64,000 nt of DNA, taken from contig JAQGDQ010000809.1 in the NCBI GenBank assembly GCA_030141605.1, positions 29,315 through 93,314 on the forward strand. The letters are read 5' to 3'. Source of the stretch: Tubiluchus corallicola (taxonomy: Eukaryota; Animalia; Priapulida). How positions within the stretch are numbered: position 1 is the stretch's first letter; every line of letters starts with the position of its first letter. A program made the position numbers and the translations under genes. The notes beneath the pieces were generated by a model. The model saw only the letters and a list, made by a program, of their open reading frames with translations. It did not search any database and had not been told where the DNA came from. Below, piece after piece: positions 1-13,760 of this stretch.

Positions 1-865
1 CACGGCATCAGTTTCTTCAGAGACTTTTGGGAACTTCCTCTAGAATAAGAATAGGTGTATCTACCATGTTCCGGTACCATGTTCCGCGTTATAAGTTGTA
101 TCGCTTGGATGAAAGATTACAGTTTATTTTTGATTAATGTAAAAATGAGAGGTACATATAGGTTATGATCGTAAATCAGTGACATCATAGCGAACAGGCA
201 ACAGTCAAAACGCTGCATAGATTTTGCTCTTGTCGAATGATTTGATAAATAATCCAATTCGTATTCCTAAAGTTTTCTCAAAGCCAGTGAAATAACCAGA
301 GCTTTCTGGGAATATTTTTGGGTATTCTTACCGATGATGCAACTAACCACTTGTTTGTAACTGTTTTTAAAATGACAAACCTGATGTAAATAATGTAACT
401 CAGCCACCCAGAAGAAACATTTTACTAGCCAGTTTGCTAAACAGTACAGACTGTAAATAGTTTATTAGCCTGAAGGTAATGTGCGTCAATTGCGTGAAAA
501 TTATTTAAATTTCTTATTAAATTGATTTTGGTGGCTGGAAAACTTAATCAAAATTAGCTGAAAATGCTAATAAACATTTGTTTTAATAAATATTACACTG
601 TAAAACATGCTAAACATTTAAAAATGCAAAAACTTGCACACCCCTTTTATTTGTTCCTTGCTTGACTCAAATTAGAAACTGCATTGCTAATATACTTTAG
701 TATCATTTACAGATTATAAAGTGTTTAGATCTTTTTTGAGTCATTAACAGTACAGGTACCCCTATGTTAATTTAATTGTATTTCAGCACTATGTGAAGGC
801 CCGTGGACTTTCCCTACCAGTGGACAACCCTGATTAGATAGGTGTAAATGAGGCATTATAGTGAC

Positions 866-1317
866 CAGGCCCACTAAACAGGTGGTCAGCCGGGGCGGCG
901 CCCGGGCTCCATGAGTTGAGGTGGGGCTCACAAACCAAAGGAGGAAAAAAAACGACGGTGTACCTTGACCAATGCAAACAAGATAAAATGTGTGCTTGTT
1001 AAACCAAAACCGTCCATAAGTCGGCAGTTGAAAACCACGTTTTCCTGCTTCAAAGTAGAATGTACCAAAAATTCTGTCAAATATCAATTTTTTGTTTTTT
1101 ATAAAAACAAACACTAAATGTATTGGCCTTATATATTCTATTATCAAATCGTCTTTAAAATGTTAGAGAAATACTGAAAATCTAAGTTTGTATCACCTTA
1201 CCGACTTCTCTGCCTAAAAACTGGACTGCAATTGTGGAGTATCATTATTTGGAGAACTGGAGGAGGAGTCCAAGTTTCCTTTTGCCCTGGAGCGCAGCAA
1301 TTCTTTTGGCGACCCTA
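866..1317. mobile_element. Non-autonomous hAT-like MITE (~450 bp)
   Basis: Flanked by a perfect 8-bp direct repeat ATAGTGAC (858-865 and 1318-1325). Termini CAGGCCC.../...GACCCTA are degenerate inverted ends, GC-rich against an AT-rich background. Confidence 0.6.
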
Positions 1318-1568
1318 ATAGTGACGCAAGGGCAATAATTATCCCATTATGTAGTACTAACGTTCGACTTCGTAGTAAGTGGTATTAGTCATGTAAGATT
1401 CTTTTTTGACGTTTATTATCTAAGGTAAATGAACTTAATGTTTTGGCTTTTTCTTAAAGTGGCCGCACAGAACATGGAAGCAACAGATTTTGCATTTAGA
1501 TACAGAATGATGCCTCAAAATTGCATAATGATCACGAGAACTCTTATTTTGCTGATTTTAAATTGCAG

Positions 1569-4500
1569 GAGATTTTACACCCAACTATATTTCCGATGAA
1601 AGAGCTCTTGGCGTGAATCAATACATAGCTGATGACATACACTGGTTAACCCCATCTGCAAGGCTTATTGTCATTTTGCGAAATCCAACTGATAGGTATG
1701 AACCTATATATGTATAATTTTTATTCGTACTCGTGATACAATCACATCAAATAAACAAAGAGATCAACAAACAAAGTAACATTAATTAACAAGATTAGTA
1801 AGCAACGCGAATATATACAATTAAGTGAGAGTAAAATATGTTAGTATGGCGTACAACTCATTCCAGTCAAAAAATCAAAACAGTTACCTTCTAGAGCCCA
1901 TATAACTTCCTTAATGAAATTTACAGTCTGTATTTGTTCTTTGCTACCATTACTTCTTACATCTAATGAACAGTAAAAAACTTTAGAAAAAAAAATTTAA
2001 TTTGTGTAAAAAGATTTGAACTTATTACAAATAGATAACAAATTATAACTTATCATAGCAGACTCATGAAATCGGGAATTATGTGCAAAGAAATTGGCAA
2101 TATGATTTTCGCTATATGTAAGCAACTGTGGTAAAATTTAACAAATCGTTTCTGTAACTGTTAAGTGGGGGAACAATATCACGTATAAAAGGAATATAGA
2201 ACAATATCACATGTGTATATATATATATATATATATGCGTGTGTATCATGGGTATGGTCACCTTGAAGAAGGTGACTTTATAGTTACCTACAAGTTGGAT
2301 GGATCTGTGCACAATAATTACTGTGTTTCAGAAAAAAAGTAGTCATTGAATTCAGTGGCAAAGTCGGGTATGCGGGTTTGACGATCTAATTCTAATACAA
2401 ACCCCCACTTTCAGAACCTAATAGAAATGCTACAGCCGTGGAAAATGGTGATTATTAAAGTAGTTTCACGTCGTTTATCGAGGATGCGTTTATCGTCTAG
2501 AAACTCAAGTACTTAGTTTTAACACAATTTTGTTATGGGATTGGATCAGACAGTTTGAACAACATGATTTAGGAACCTCACCACAACAAACTATATACGC
2601 TATTTGCAAAAACATTTACAGTAAGAATTGACTACATCTACGCTAGCTGAAAAGTATTACAATATTACGTTAGATATTAGTACCAAATGATAGTTAAAAA
2701 TATTAATGTAGGAATATTTAAGACTGGCGTATCTCATATCAGATAGAAACTACTGGAAGTGTTTAGTACGTAATATAAAGTCATGTATACATTGGAATAT
2801 TTTACAGTTAGCAACATAGTTAAATTCATCTTTTCCGGATAATAACAACTTCAACAGATCATTAGTTCCTAAGGCAGCTATATTAAGGTTTTCAGGCAGC
2901 AGTTTCATTTAGTTTATTAAACAGAATAACCCTAGTTTGTTGACACAATGGGCAGTGCAACAAAAAGTGTTCAACAGACTCAAATACACAGTTACCTTTC
3001 GGCAATATTGGATGACCGTTATTATCTTTACAGCCTTTAGAGAAAAGGTCATAGTTCAGCTGAGAAAATCCGATTCTTATGCGCGTATGATGCACAGAAA
3101 TTGGCGGTTTACCAAATGAAAAATGCTTCTTACGCCGTGAAAAACCCAAATGAGTTTTGAGCTCTCGTTTGAAATGTGAAATGGATGTAATTTCACGAAT
3201 GTTCTGTGGCAAGTTGTTCCACATGTTAATTGTCGATATGAAAAATGATTTTTCGCAGCTGACAGAACGGCAGTTAAAATTTCTGTATTTAGTACCACTG
3301 CGTACATAATAGGGGGTAACTTCGTTTACCTTTGGTGGCAGAGTTGCACTTAAATAGTGTGGCGTTAAGAATTTGATTATTTTGAAAAAAGACGACATGG
3401 GCGATGATAATGAAAGCGTGTCCCTACTTTAGTGAAGCCGCTGTCAGACAAGATGCTTGCAGGGGAAGATCAAAACATAGCGCCAGAACAAATTCTAGCA
3501 GCAGATTGCTAGGTATTTTCTAATAAACGTATACTGTTTTCACTGCATCCTGACCGTACTAGGTTGCCATACTCAATAGCATGAAAATTAGTCGTAATGA
3601 ATCATCGCTCGCGCGTAACTCTGGGCATATTAACTGACATACGTCGAAAGTTGTTTAGCTTAAATTACTTTGTCTACAATTTTTGAGACGTGATAGTTCC
3701 AGTTCAGATCATATGTAAGATGGATACCTAAGTGTTTTTGAACATTTACTGTTTTCAGTAGAGTATTAGATAAATATAGAGTGGGATATTGAGGAACTTT
3801 GGATTTAAGGGAGAAAAGCATGACTTCGGTTTTATTTGTTTAGATCATGTATGGGGAAACCACGGAACTGTCAGCAACAAACGCTTACTATACAGTGTTA
3901 AACAGAAACTCCAATACGTATATCTTAAAAAATGGAAAGAAGGAATTAAAAAAACACACAGCACTAATGACAACGATGGAAACAAATTAAGAATCTACTA
4001 CAAAGTTAAAGAATGCTACGAATTAGAAAATTACTTGCAAATTAATACTGTGACCTACAATGCTAGAATTGCTTTCACGAAATTCCTACTGAGTTCCCAC
4101 TATCAGTTCCTACTGACTAGCAATAAAAACCGGTAGACATCATAAACTTAACAAAATACCAGCCAATAAAAGATACTGTATGCAATGCGACCCAAACAAA
4201 CAAGGAATAGAAGACGAAACCCATTTGCTCTTGCACTGTCGTAGATACGAACAACTAAGAAATACCCTTAATACGGAAATTAGCTCTATATATCCAAAGT
4301 TTACCTACTGATTAGATGATGACATACTAAAATTACTAGTATGCTCAAACGATTGAGAATTTCTCCAAATTGCTTGTAATTTTGTTTTAAAATGTGTCAG
4401 TTTTCGAATGTAATTGTTATAAATTGAAAATAAATGAACTATGTATATATAACTAACATCACGCATGTAAACTAAATACTACATGTGTATGCAACTATCT

Positions 4501-7500
4501 TAAATTTATGTTTATGTATATTCACGTTGTACCATTAGGTTAATACATCAAAGTTTGATGTTGTGTCTTTGGTTTAAATTGTTGAATTTTTTCAGATGTT
4601 TATTAAATAATCCAAAGTGTGGAATTTAAAAGTCTATTGGGTATTTGGCAGGAATAACTTCTTGAATGTGTTGGGTGTGTCAGCATGGCAAAGGCAAGCT
4701 TGTATCTGTTGAGATGGCAGATGAACCTCGCATTTCCTCTGTGTTGTTCTAAGACAAATTATCAACTACCCTGTTTACGATTATCAGCTTGTATTCGGTT
4801 TGCATTAGAAAATTCAGCACTATAAAAGAATAACGTTTTTAACTCGTTTAGATTGTTTGACTGTTTGTAATAATCCCATTCACTTCACATAGACTCATTT
4901 CGTGGTATGGCAGCAACTTGGCTCCGGATTCCATCACTCCACAAAAAATTCATGAAGACATTGAGAAGGGAATTGCCGCTTATCGCAATTGCACCACGAT
5001 AATGAAGCCAGACAGTTTCGAGAAATACCCATGCGTCTATAATAAAAATTTTAGAATTCAGGTATTTCTGCAAAAGGTTATTTATGAAATCATTACGCGA
5101 ATATGAAATTATATTATAATGGACTGAATTCGACTTGGCTCGAGACTCAGTGAGTCGAATTCCAGGATAGCACGGTGGTCTTTAAATTCGGTATTATGTT
5201 GGTTCATTTTGTATACTTGTTTTCTACTGTATTTATTTAACTAATGAAATTCTCTTAATTACAAATGCTATCTAAATTAGTAATTAACTATTTATGAACT
5301 AACTGCATATACCTTTTGTAACAAGTCATCTAGCACACACAAATGTCACAAAATAGAACACTAGAATAACACTATAACAAGTTTTATTGTCCGCATTAAT
5401 AACAAAAATAGGAAATAAAATACACAGAAAACACTAACTTAAGTAAGTGTTTGGAGCACCTGTGTCAGAAATCCAGGCTGTAGTGACCTCTACGCGCTTT
5501 TACACTGGCATTCCAGGTCAGCTGGCTTCTCACACCACGTGTAGGCACAAACAAGACGTCTGGATCTACAAGGAAGAGATGAGTCGCTGCTGACGTGGAA
5601 GCAGGGCGTGCAGAGGATACCTGATCCGACAACAGGTGCCTCCGTAACAATATGAAAACCGTATTTTATAAAAACGCAGTAGCTTTGCAAAAAGTCATGC
5701 GTCAGCAATTTTTTTACTGGTTTATTTACCATATTTGTTTATTCATTTGTTAATTTATTATTATTTTTTTAGGTTATTCGGATCTTTATTCGTACTTCTT
5801 CGTTTGTTTTCACAAACTTTTTCATCATTAATTTGTGCATTAATTCGTTCGTTTAGATCGTTTCTTTTAAGGAACATTGTTCAAGTCAAAGCATTTTATA
5901 GGGATATGTTTTTGTGTGTTTGACCATTGTTGTTTGTTATAGGCTATTCAGTTTATTCAATACAGTGTTTCTTGACAGCTGCATTATTTTGCCTTGCCAT
6001 TATATTGCCTATCCTAGCTCTGCCTTACTTTCTACGCTCAACATGCGCTGGGCTGCCTTGCTTGCCCTTGGTTTGTGTTGTATTACCTGACCTTGCTTTG
6101 TCTCTCCTGTCTTATCTCGCCTTCCCTTCCCAATTGCCTTGCCCTGTACTCGAGGTCTTGAATCGCTGCTACCTGTGCTACCTTCTCATCTAACTTTGCG
6201 TCACTTTTGGCTAACGTCACGTTAAAGACGCTATGAACAAGCCCTAAAATTTTGATTTTTACCTCATTCTGGTTTAATTCTTTTTTGACATACTCTCTCT
6301 TTTCTACACAGGGCCGTAGCATGTACAAAGGTTGCTATGTGGCATATCTACGGCATTATCTGCGTGTTTTTCCTAGAGATCAGATACTGATCCTCCGCTT
6401 TGAAGACACAATAAAAGACTTTCAGTCCACGATTCAGCGAATCTACAAGTTTTTAGAACTAAAAGGTGAAAACGTTATCAGGTCAATACAAAGTTTTGCT
6501 GCACCTATAAAATGAAAACTTCTGTTACAAATGAACAAAAATGCGCACATTTAATTCGTTTAAATATTTTCCTTTTTATAGGCATTTTTATTTTTCCTTT
6601 ACACTAAAGGTTTTATGTCATATTTGTTGCACTATGCCGTGAGACTTGATCTTGATCTTGTAAAATAAGTTAGGAGATGCGGGAACGTTAGCATGTTTTG
6701 CCCAACTAAAGTTACCATCCAAAACTATCATGTTTTCTAGAAACACCAGTTTACCATCTTGTACAAGATGAAATAAAACAGATTGTACAAAAATATCAAG
6801 TAACAATGTAAAACATAAAAGTACAGTATTGCTGAATCAATAATGGATTTTTGAAGCCCTCGGTATTCCATATTCGTTTGTCTCACTATCATGAGCCAGC
6901 AGTCTTGAGAGGTGTGATGGGAGCAGATGGGGTCTAGAAACTCACTCGACTTGAACACCGATGAATATATATAGAGACTGTGGTGAAGGGCAGAGTGGGA
7001 GCTAAAATGATCCTAGACCATAGCTATCAATTTGATGGGTATTCAAAAGAGAAGCTTATGAGACATCTACAGGATGTGTTGGAGGACCTTGATTTTGGCT
7101 CTGATCTCTTTAAGTCTCCGGTTGTGCGAGACGCGCGAAGCTTGCAAACTACATAAGAAAGAATACTAACTAATAAGCCTTTTCACAGTTTCTTTATGTG
7201 CACGCGCAGTTACTGTAAGTCAAAGGTTAAGTGTACCACAGCAACGCGCCTTAAATACATCCGTCACTTGACATGTGTGAAAACCAAAGTCTACTAAACC
7301 AATGTTCAGTAACTTCAGTTGTTTTACGTGGACTTTCCATAACATGCATTGGTCTGTGAATAGAATGATTTACTAGCAGGATATTGCTTGGGAACAAGAA
7401 AAAATGAACTTGGAAAGGTTCTAGCTAGTTGTTAAAACTGTTACTATTACAGCAGCTTGGGCTGCGAGGCGTTGTCAAGTGCACACAAATTCGTTGTGTG

Positions 7501-7926
7501 ATACAATTAACCTTTGAACTTTTCACGATCATCATCAATCACTGGAACTGTCAAAAGGCTTATCCAACAATACTTTAATGTAACAATTGGTTGTGTGCTA
7601 TTCGAATCCTTGCAACGGTTATATTTTATCCTGTAGTAAGCTCTTTGGTTGCAACCTGGACAACCTATCCACATTACCTGTTGTTATGACTTACCAAAAC
7701 TTTTCTGACTCAACAGGTATTCGTTGCAACGAGTGGTTCTCACCAAACACATTTTATAAAATTTCTTTTTTTAGATAACAATGTGCAGACAGTAAGGGCA
7801 AACAAGTTCAGAAGGAAGGTGAATTTGTTTAATTCTACCAGGCTGTTACTTGACGATTTCTATTCTTCATTTAACAAAGATTTAGCTGAGCTGCTGGGTG
7901 ATGAAATGTGGCTTTGGAAACAGTAA
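1569..7926 (+). CDS. Carbohydrate sulfotransferase, CHST15/GalNAc4S-6ST-like; last four exons (1569-1695, 4893-5061, 6312-6465, 7775-7926); 5' exons not identified
   Basis: Phase-consistent GT-AG splicing gives GDFTPNY...PSARLIVILRNPTDR|LISWY...TPQKIHEDIEKGIAAYRNC...CVYNKNFRIQ|GRSMYKGCYVAYLRHYLRVFPRDQILILRFED...IYKFLELK|DNN...TRLLLDDFYSSFNKDLAELLGDEMWLWKQ*. Contains the 3'-PB motif (LRNPxDRxxS), FPRDQILILRFED, and the FYxxFNxxLAxLLxDExWxW tail typical of CHST15-like Sulfotransfer_1 proteins. Confidence 0.85.
2700..3620 (-). mobile_element. Degenerate non-LTR retrotransposon (CR1/L2-group) ORF2 3' fragment, in a sulfotransferase intron
   Basis: ORF 2892-3398 has SFFISTINMWNNLP, HHTRIRIGFSQLN and ESVEHFLLHCP, typical of the LINE RT C-terminus and CCHC zinc knuckle. 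Boundaries approximate. Confidence 0.8.
3760..4400 (+). mobile_element. Degenerate LINE ORF2 C-terminal fragment (L2/Crack/Daphne-like)
   Basis: KLRIYYKVK...LENYL...RIAFTKFLLSSH, then after a frameshift KRYCMQCD...IEDETHLLLHC (zinc knuckle). Several disablements. Confidence 0.75.
5330..5650 (-). mobile_element. Possible LINE 3' remnant
   Basis: Locally GC-rich. Minus-strand frames give YPLHALLP and LPCRSRRL, resembling post-RT motifs of non-LTR elements, followed by AATAAA. Confidence 0.3.
7175..7561. mobile_element. TIR MITE (~390 bp), copy 1 of a family also present at 39368-39755
   Basis: Terminal inverted repeats AAGCCTTTTCACAGTT / AACTGTCAAAAGGCTT and an internal inverted pair TCAAAGGTTAA / TTAACCTTTGA. 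Colinear with 39368-39755 along its length. Confidence 0.85.
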
Positions 7927-10619
7927 GAAAATTCCACCTCATGAAGTCATGTGACAAGTTTAGCATTGCAAAAGGTCAAGAAATGTGTCATCTGTGAATA
8001 CAACATTATCAAAATTTTTTGATGAGTTCTCATTCCGGCTAGTTAAATGTATAATAACTAAACTAATCCGCAATAACGTCTTGGCCATTATAAAAAATAA
8101 GGATATCGGAAACAGTAAAATTAGCACTAGGCCTAAGTAAAATTAAAGTTGTATGTCAGTTGCGGCTGCAGTAAAGCCTACGTAAAGTTTACGTGATCCG
8201 AGTTTTGTTGACCAACAAGGTCAGATATTGTTGGAGAAGAGTTGGAAGATGTCAGATTCTTCGCTTACCCGGTCTGAGCTGTTAAACTATTCTACTTTAA
8301 CATTGTCAACTACAAATAGTTCAACATTTATAAATGCGATATTCAGTTGCTCACAAATGGACAACATAGAACTAATGTTTTACCTTAATTTAGACAACGG
8401 CATTCTCGTAAAAAGTTGGTAGATCAAAAATGTTTAACTGACAATTTTATTACTTGTGCAAACCCAACTGTGTTAATTTTTGAAGAAAATAAATCATGTT
8501 TTGGGCAAAATCTATAAAATCAATGTTTTTCTCAAACGTACTACACATGGATTAAGATGCGCAGAACACAGAAATAGTTAACCATTTGATATTTGAATAT
8601 GTTATGAGGTGTTAGCATATCAGTTAAACAGATGTGCAAAATACAGAATAATAATTTAGATTACCTTAGATTGGGCTACGTTGATTTGATCAGAAAAGTT
8701 TATAAAAGTGCACATCAATATAAATGCAAACGCAAACATTATATTATTTTATTTTACATGAATTAAAATATACACCAAAAGAGTAAACTGCAAAACAATA
8801 AAAGCGTGAATATTGGGAGAATCGTAAATAGATAAGCCAAGCCACAGAGGCCTGTCGTACGCGACCCTTTTACCGAAATTCAAAAACTGAAAAAGCAATC
8901 AAGAAATATTGAATTATGATTTTACAAGTCATCAAAGACACCTGGATGATTCTAGCTTGTCTGATGCACGCAACTTTACGGGTGCAGTGAATATTGTCAG
9001 ATGTTTCCCCTTTATTACCCTTTAATACATTTAGAGTTCTAAACGTTTTTATTAATCACTAATGTTGTTTCAGGTAAAATTATAAACTTTATGTAGTTGC
9101 TCAATAGCTCAACATAAACAATTATTTCACACGTATTGTATTTTAAGTGCTTAACGTTTTTCTATATATTAGTACAGTAAGGTAGTATATATCTTTGTCG
9201 ATCTTTTGTTTATTTTTGTTTGTGAATGCCGATTATGTCCAAATTAATACCCATGTTTAGACACAACTTCACTCCGATAAGCTATTTCCTAATCACAGCA
9301 ACATGCATGAGTACACAACTTACACATATTTACATACATCTATCAAACACAAGGTATCTAGCTGAACATAAACAATTAATTCACACGTATTGTATTTGAG
9401 GACAATTTAGTTATTTATTTCGTTCATACTCATGGTACACTTCCTCATAAAATGGCGATTAGCATAAACCATATGCATATATACACATGAAGTTACGTGA
9501 TATGAACAATCCTGCACATTTATGCTAAGGTGTTTTATTAATTAGATATTTTGCTAAAATATTTGATGTTTCTACATAAATTTCTACAATATATGTTACG
9601 AATTATTAAAATAGATTTCACCTGAAGTGCAGTAACAATATTTAAAAACTTATTGCAAACCTTGTTGTTAATAACAGATTTTAAACACTTTGATGCTAAA
9701 ACATGGCGATTTTAAAAAACCTATTTGCGAATATTAATCCAAAATACAGAGATTTGGTTAATTTTCTACAAATTCAAAATGCTTTACTAATTTACGGCAC
9801 TAGTTTGCACTGATCTTCTCGCAAAACTTATGTTCTCTGCATGCAGTACGCATTTAGAAATACATATACAAACATTTGGTATATCATTTATTAGCCATTT
9901 GTTTATATGTCCCAATTAATACCAAATATTTAAACATGACTTAAATCCAACAAGCTGTTTACTATTCCAACTCGTTACTATTATAATTATATTGAGAGAG
10001 AGAGGGTGAGCACACTGTGACTGTATGGCCTGAATAGACTTTTCTCTACCCTGTCTCTCAATAACTCATTTATTGTGCCTATAATTCTGTTGCAGTAGTT
10101 GAATAACATGAACGAATTTTAAATGCTAATTCTAATTTTAAAGCAGCTCTACAGTAAAGCTGTTGCTGCTCATTGCAAACTTAACTCGTTAATTTTGCAA
10201 AACTTCTATAACTTCGAACTACATAAGGATTACCAGAATCGATTCCTATACAGAAAGTCGTTCAAGATATGCTTAACTTCATCGAACAGAATATAAATAA
10301 GAGAAGTTGTTCGGTGCGCGTTGTCAAGTATGAAATGAAATAGAGTATTTAATTCATCTTCTGTAAGAGCGCAAATTCTTTTTTTCGTTGGCTCAGGTAT
10401 GCAGGTTGAAGGAGACTCCTCGACACTTACAAGCATCATAGCCGGCAAGTCACCCCAGGAGAAAAGATTTCCCGTGTTTAAGCACGTCATTCTCATTTCA
10501 TCTGCAAAATAAAAAAAAATGTTTGGATTACACCTTCTATAGGTGGACAGTGATACCAAATTAATATTCTTATGCAGGTTGGCGATATGTAATTATAAGT
10601 TACATACAATTCCAGTAAA

Positions 10620-10900
10620 TATTGTGCTGTCGGGCATTAGATCATTAGAACAGTTGTGCCTAGTGACATACACGGGATTACCAGAGTTACTGGGACTTCA
10701 TATCACAGATAAATTAAAATGGTCGGAGTCCAACGGCTTCATTTCTGTTTCGTCTCAAAAAATTGGGTATAAACTGGAGGCACTCAACATGCTATTTATT
10801 TGACTAAGAGTTTCAGCTATTTTTTTGCGCCAGTGATCTGCGTCACAGCCGAAGACCACAGGTTATTGAAAACATATGGTACCGTGCGGACGAACTGGCT
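10620..10900 (+). mobile_element. Degraded LINE RT fragment in the pentraxin intron
   Basis: ELLGLHITDKLKWS...VSSQKIGYKL resembles the RT domain-7 motif KxLGxxxxxxLxW. Confidence 0.45.
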
Positions 10901-12478
10901 TTGAAATTAATCCGTTGAGGAAAGTATTAACAGACCTTGCCTCAAGTCAGGCCTCAATCACGACCAGTCCTTCGTTCCCTTAAAACTTTTCTAATTTTAT
11001 CTGTGATCCAGCCGTTGCTTGTAAATGGGATCGTTCAAATCCTTCCTGAAATTTCATTCTCTTTCTGTCTGGCTTCACTGAACATTTACTTGTTTTTATT
11101 TTTACTGTATTAATGGTTGGGTATGCGTTTGAGTTGCCAAATATATGGCTTCATAGTTTGGTTAGAGCTTTTAGTTATTTTGTAACTATTTGTTCCTTGT
11201 TACTAAGAAGATTGAATTATACTTGCGTTTTTCTCAGTTATAACTTCATTTTAATTTGTAGTTTGATAGTGGTTTTCTTTATTTACCCAAAGCCTCACTC
11301 TGTAACCAGCCAGATTAAAGGACGTTATTTTCAACCATAGCTGCGGTTTTAGTCCAGTCGTTTTTATATCATTATCATTACCAATATCATTACAAATATC
11401 ATTATCATTATCTTCACCATCATGACCTCCAGTGGTTAGACTACTGGAAGTAATTCTTAATGACAAGAAATGGAATTGGAATCATTTACGTCAACGTCGT
11501 AGTACTTCTATTAGGCCTAATTGCTAAGTGGGGTGTTGTAATTGACAAATATACATATATTGGTCTTACAATGCGACACGTCGCATGTAATAAGAGACTA
11601 AAAGGACTAGGGAAATGAGATTAGCACATTATAGGATCCAAAGTCATATACCTATAGAGTTGATATCTAATTTACTGTCAGATACTGTAATTCCCGTGAC
11701 CATTCCTCTAAAGCTCAAACTAGCTGTACCAATTGCTCCTGCATCACTCTGATCTTGTCCGAATATTAAAACTCCATTAGGTTGTATAGGCCCTGGATCT
11801 GATGTTAATAATCCACCTAAACAAAAGAAAAAAGATTCATAATGAGCGCATCTGAGTACAAGTTAACTGGCTACGTTCAAATTCTGATGTGCAAGGTGGT
11901 TTTCTTATTAACCTTTCTTGCCAGTGGCACAGCTATTTTGCAAGTAGATCACTTCGCGAATCATAAGGAAGCAGTCAAGTTCAAGTTATACACCTATGAT
12001 TATTACATGCAATTAATATTTGTTATGCAATCGCGGTATTATTTATATGCAGTCTCAATTTATTCGTTTCAACAGTTTGAAGTGCAGTTTATATTTGTCC
12101 AGTTTTTACAAAAAGTTACTTTCTAGCTTATGTATTTATGCATTAGAATAACATCAGCAAAAAAGTCATCCTAACCATTATAACTGGGTCAGGAGTCTGA
12201 CATATAGACCATATTATAAAAAAAATTAATAGTGCTTGTAAACTAGTGTTATTTAAATCATATAAAAGTTAAGTAAACATGGTGCTAGCGTGTCTAAAGG
12301 ATGTGTAAATGTTTATTGACATATTGTATCCGTTTCTTCTCATGAAAACAAACTATGAGAAAATGATAAAACAAAATAAAGAATTACAGTATGACTAATA
12401 CGACAAAGGAGAAAATGGGGTTAAACTAGCCTTACAAGTAATGTATACAAGAACAATGGTAAAAAGGTGGTTAAAAAC

Positions 12479-13760
12479 TGTTAGAACTCGCGCTAACCGT
12501 TACATTCCTAACATTCCACTGACTTGACTCGTACCGCTAGGTGGTATGTTTACATGGTGTCAAGTTTCACAGCGCCAGCTGTGTTTACATAACATTAAGT
12601 TTCACAGCACCAGCTGTGTTTACATAACATTAAGTTTTACAGCACCAGCTATGTTTACATAACATTACGTTTTACAGCACCAGCTATGTTTACACAATAT
12701 TAAGTTTCACAGCACCAGCTATGCTTACATGGTGTCAAGTTTCACAGCACCAGCTTTGTTTACATAACATTAAGTTTCACAGCGCCAGCTATGTTTACAT
12801 AACATTAAGTTTCACAGCGCCAGCTGTGTTTACATAACATTAAGTTTCACAGCACCAGCTGTGTTTACATAACATTAAGTTTCACAGCACCAGCTATGTT
12901 TACACAATATTAAGTTTCACAGCGCCAGCTATGTTTACACAATTTTAAGTTTCACAGCGCCAGCTGTGTTTACATAACATTAAGTTTCACAGCACCAGCT
13001 GTGTTTACACAATATTAAGTTTCATAGCGCCAGCTATGTTTACATAACATTAAGTTTCACAGCACCAGCTGTGTTTACATGGTGTCAAGTTTCACAACAC
13101 CATCTGTGTTTATATAATATTAAGTTATACAACACAGCTGTGTTTACATTTCTCATGTGAGCATGACTGACAGCTGATAGGCTCTGCTTACTGGACCAAT
13201 CAGGCTGAATCAACATTCAACTGTACTGGCCAATCAGTAGCATGACTAGCAAGTCATGTGAGGAATGTGCTAAAATAGACTTGTCGTCATGTGCTATAAA
13301 TAGATGTTCCAAAAGTAGAATTGATGTCATGAGCTAAAAATAGCAAGCTCGCTGAAACGCATGTAAAGAGCTGCTGAAGTGACAGCAGAGACTGGTGTAC
13401 TAGACTTACTATGTGTGATTTAACTTGAGGTCTAGTGGGTTTGCTCTGCTCGCTCTCGGCGTCCGTTAAACTCAGCGTTGCTCTTAGATTATTTGCTGAT
13501 GTTACTATAAATCCACTATACGATCACACCATTTCAGTTTATCTTTGAACTTTGTATTGTTGTTGTTGTTGATGTAATTCATCAATCCGATATCGCGTGT
13601 ATAAATTCAAAGAAGCCATCGTTATAACTTTACTGCAACTGAAACAGGTTTCTTAGGTTCAACTGGCCTGGTTATCACCTCTTTATAGCGAGATGACCAT
13701 TTCGTTATAACGACTTATTAAGGTATTATAACGAGGAATCTACGTCGTTATAACGAGATA
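12479..13760 (+). mobile_element. LTR-like element (possible solo LTR) containing the 35-bp array
   Basis: Starts TGTTAG. The array is followed by two CCAATCAG boxes (~13196, ~13229) and a TATAAA (~13295), a U3-like layout. The 3' end and TSD were not resolved. Confidence 0.35.
12545..13150. repeat. 35-bp minisatellite, ~17 copies (AAGTTTCACAGCACCAGCTGTGTTTACATAACATT)
   Basis: Directly visible head-to-tail units with a few variant positions (gcac/gcgc, ctgt/ctat, taacatt/ggtgtc/caatatt). Confidence 0.97.

Noticed and set aside
12545-13150. 35-bp array as CRISPR repeats
   Set aside because: Unit length is CRISPR-like, but the units are contiguous with no spacers.
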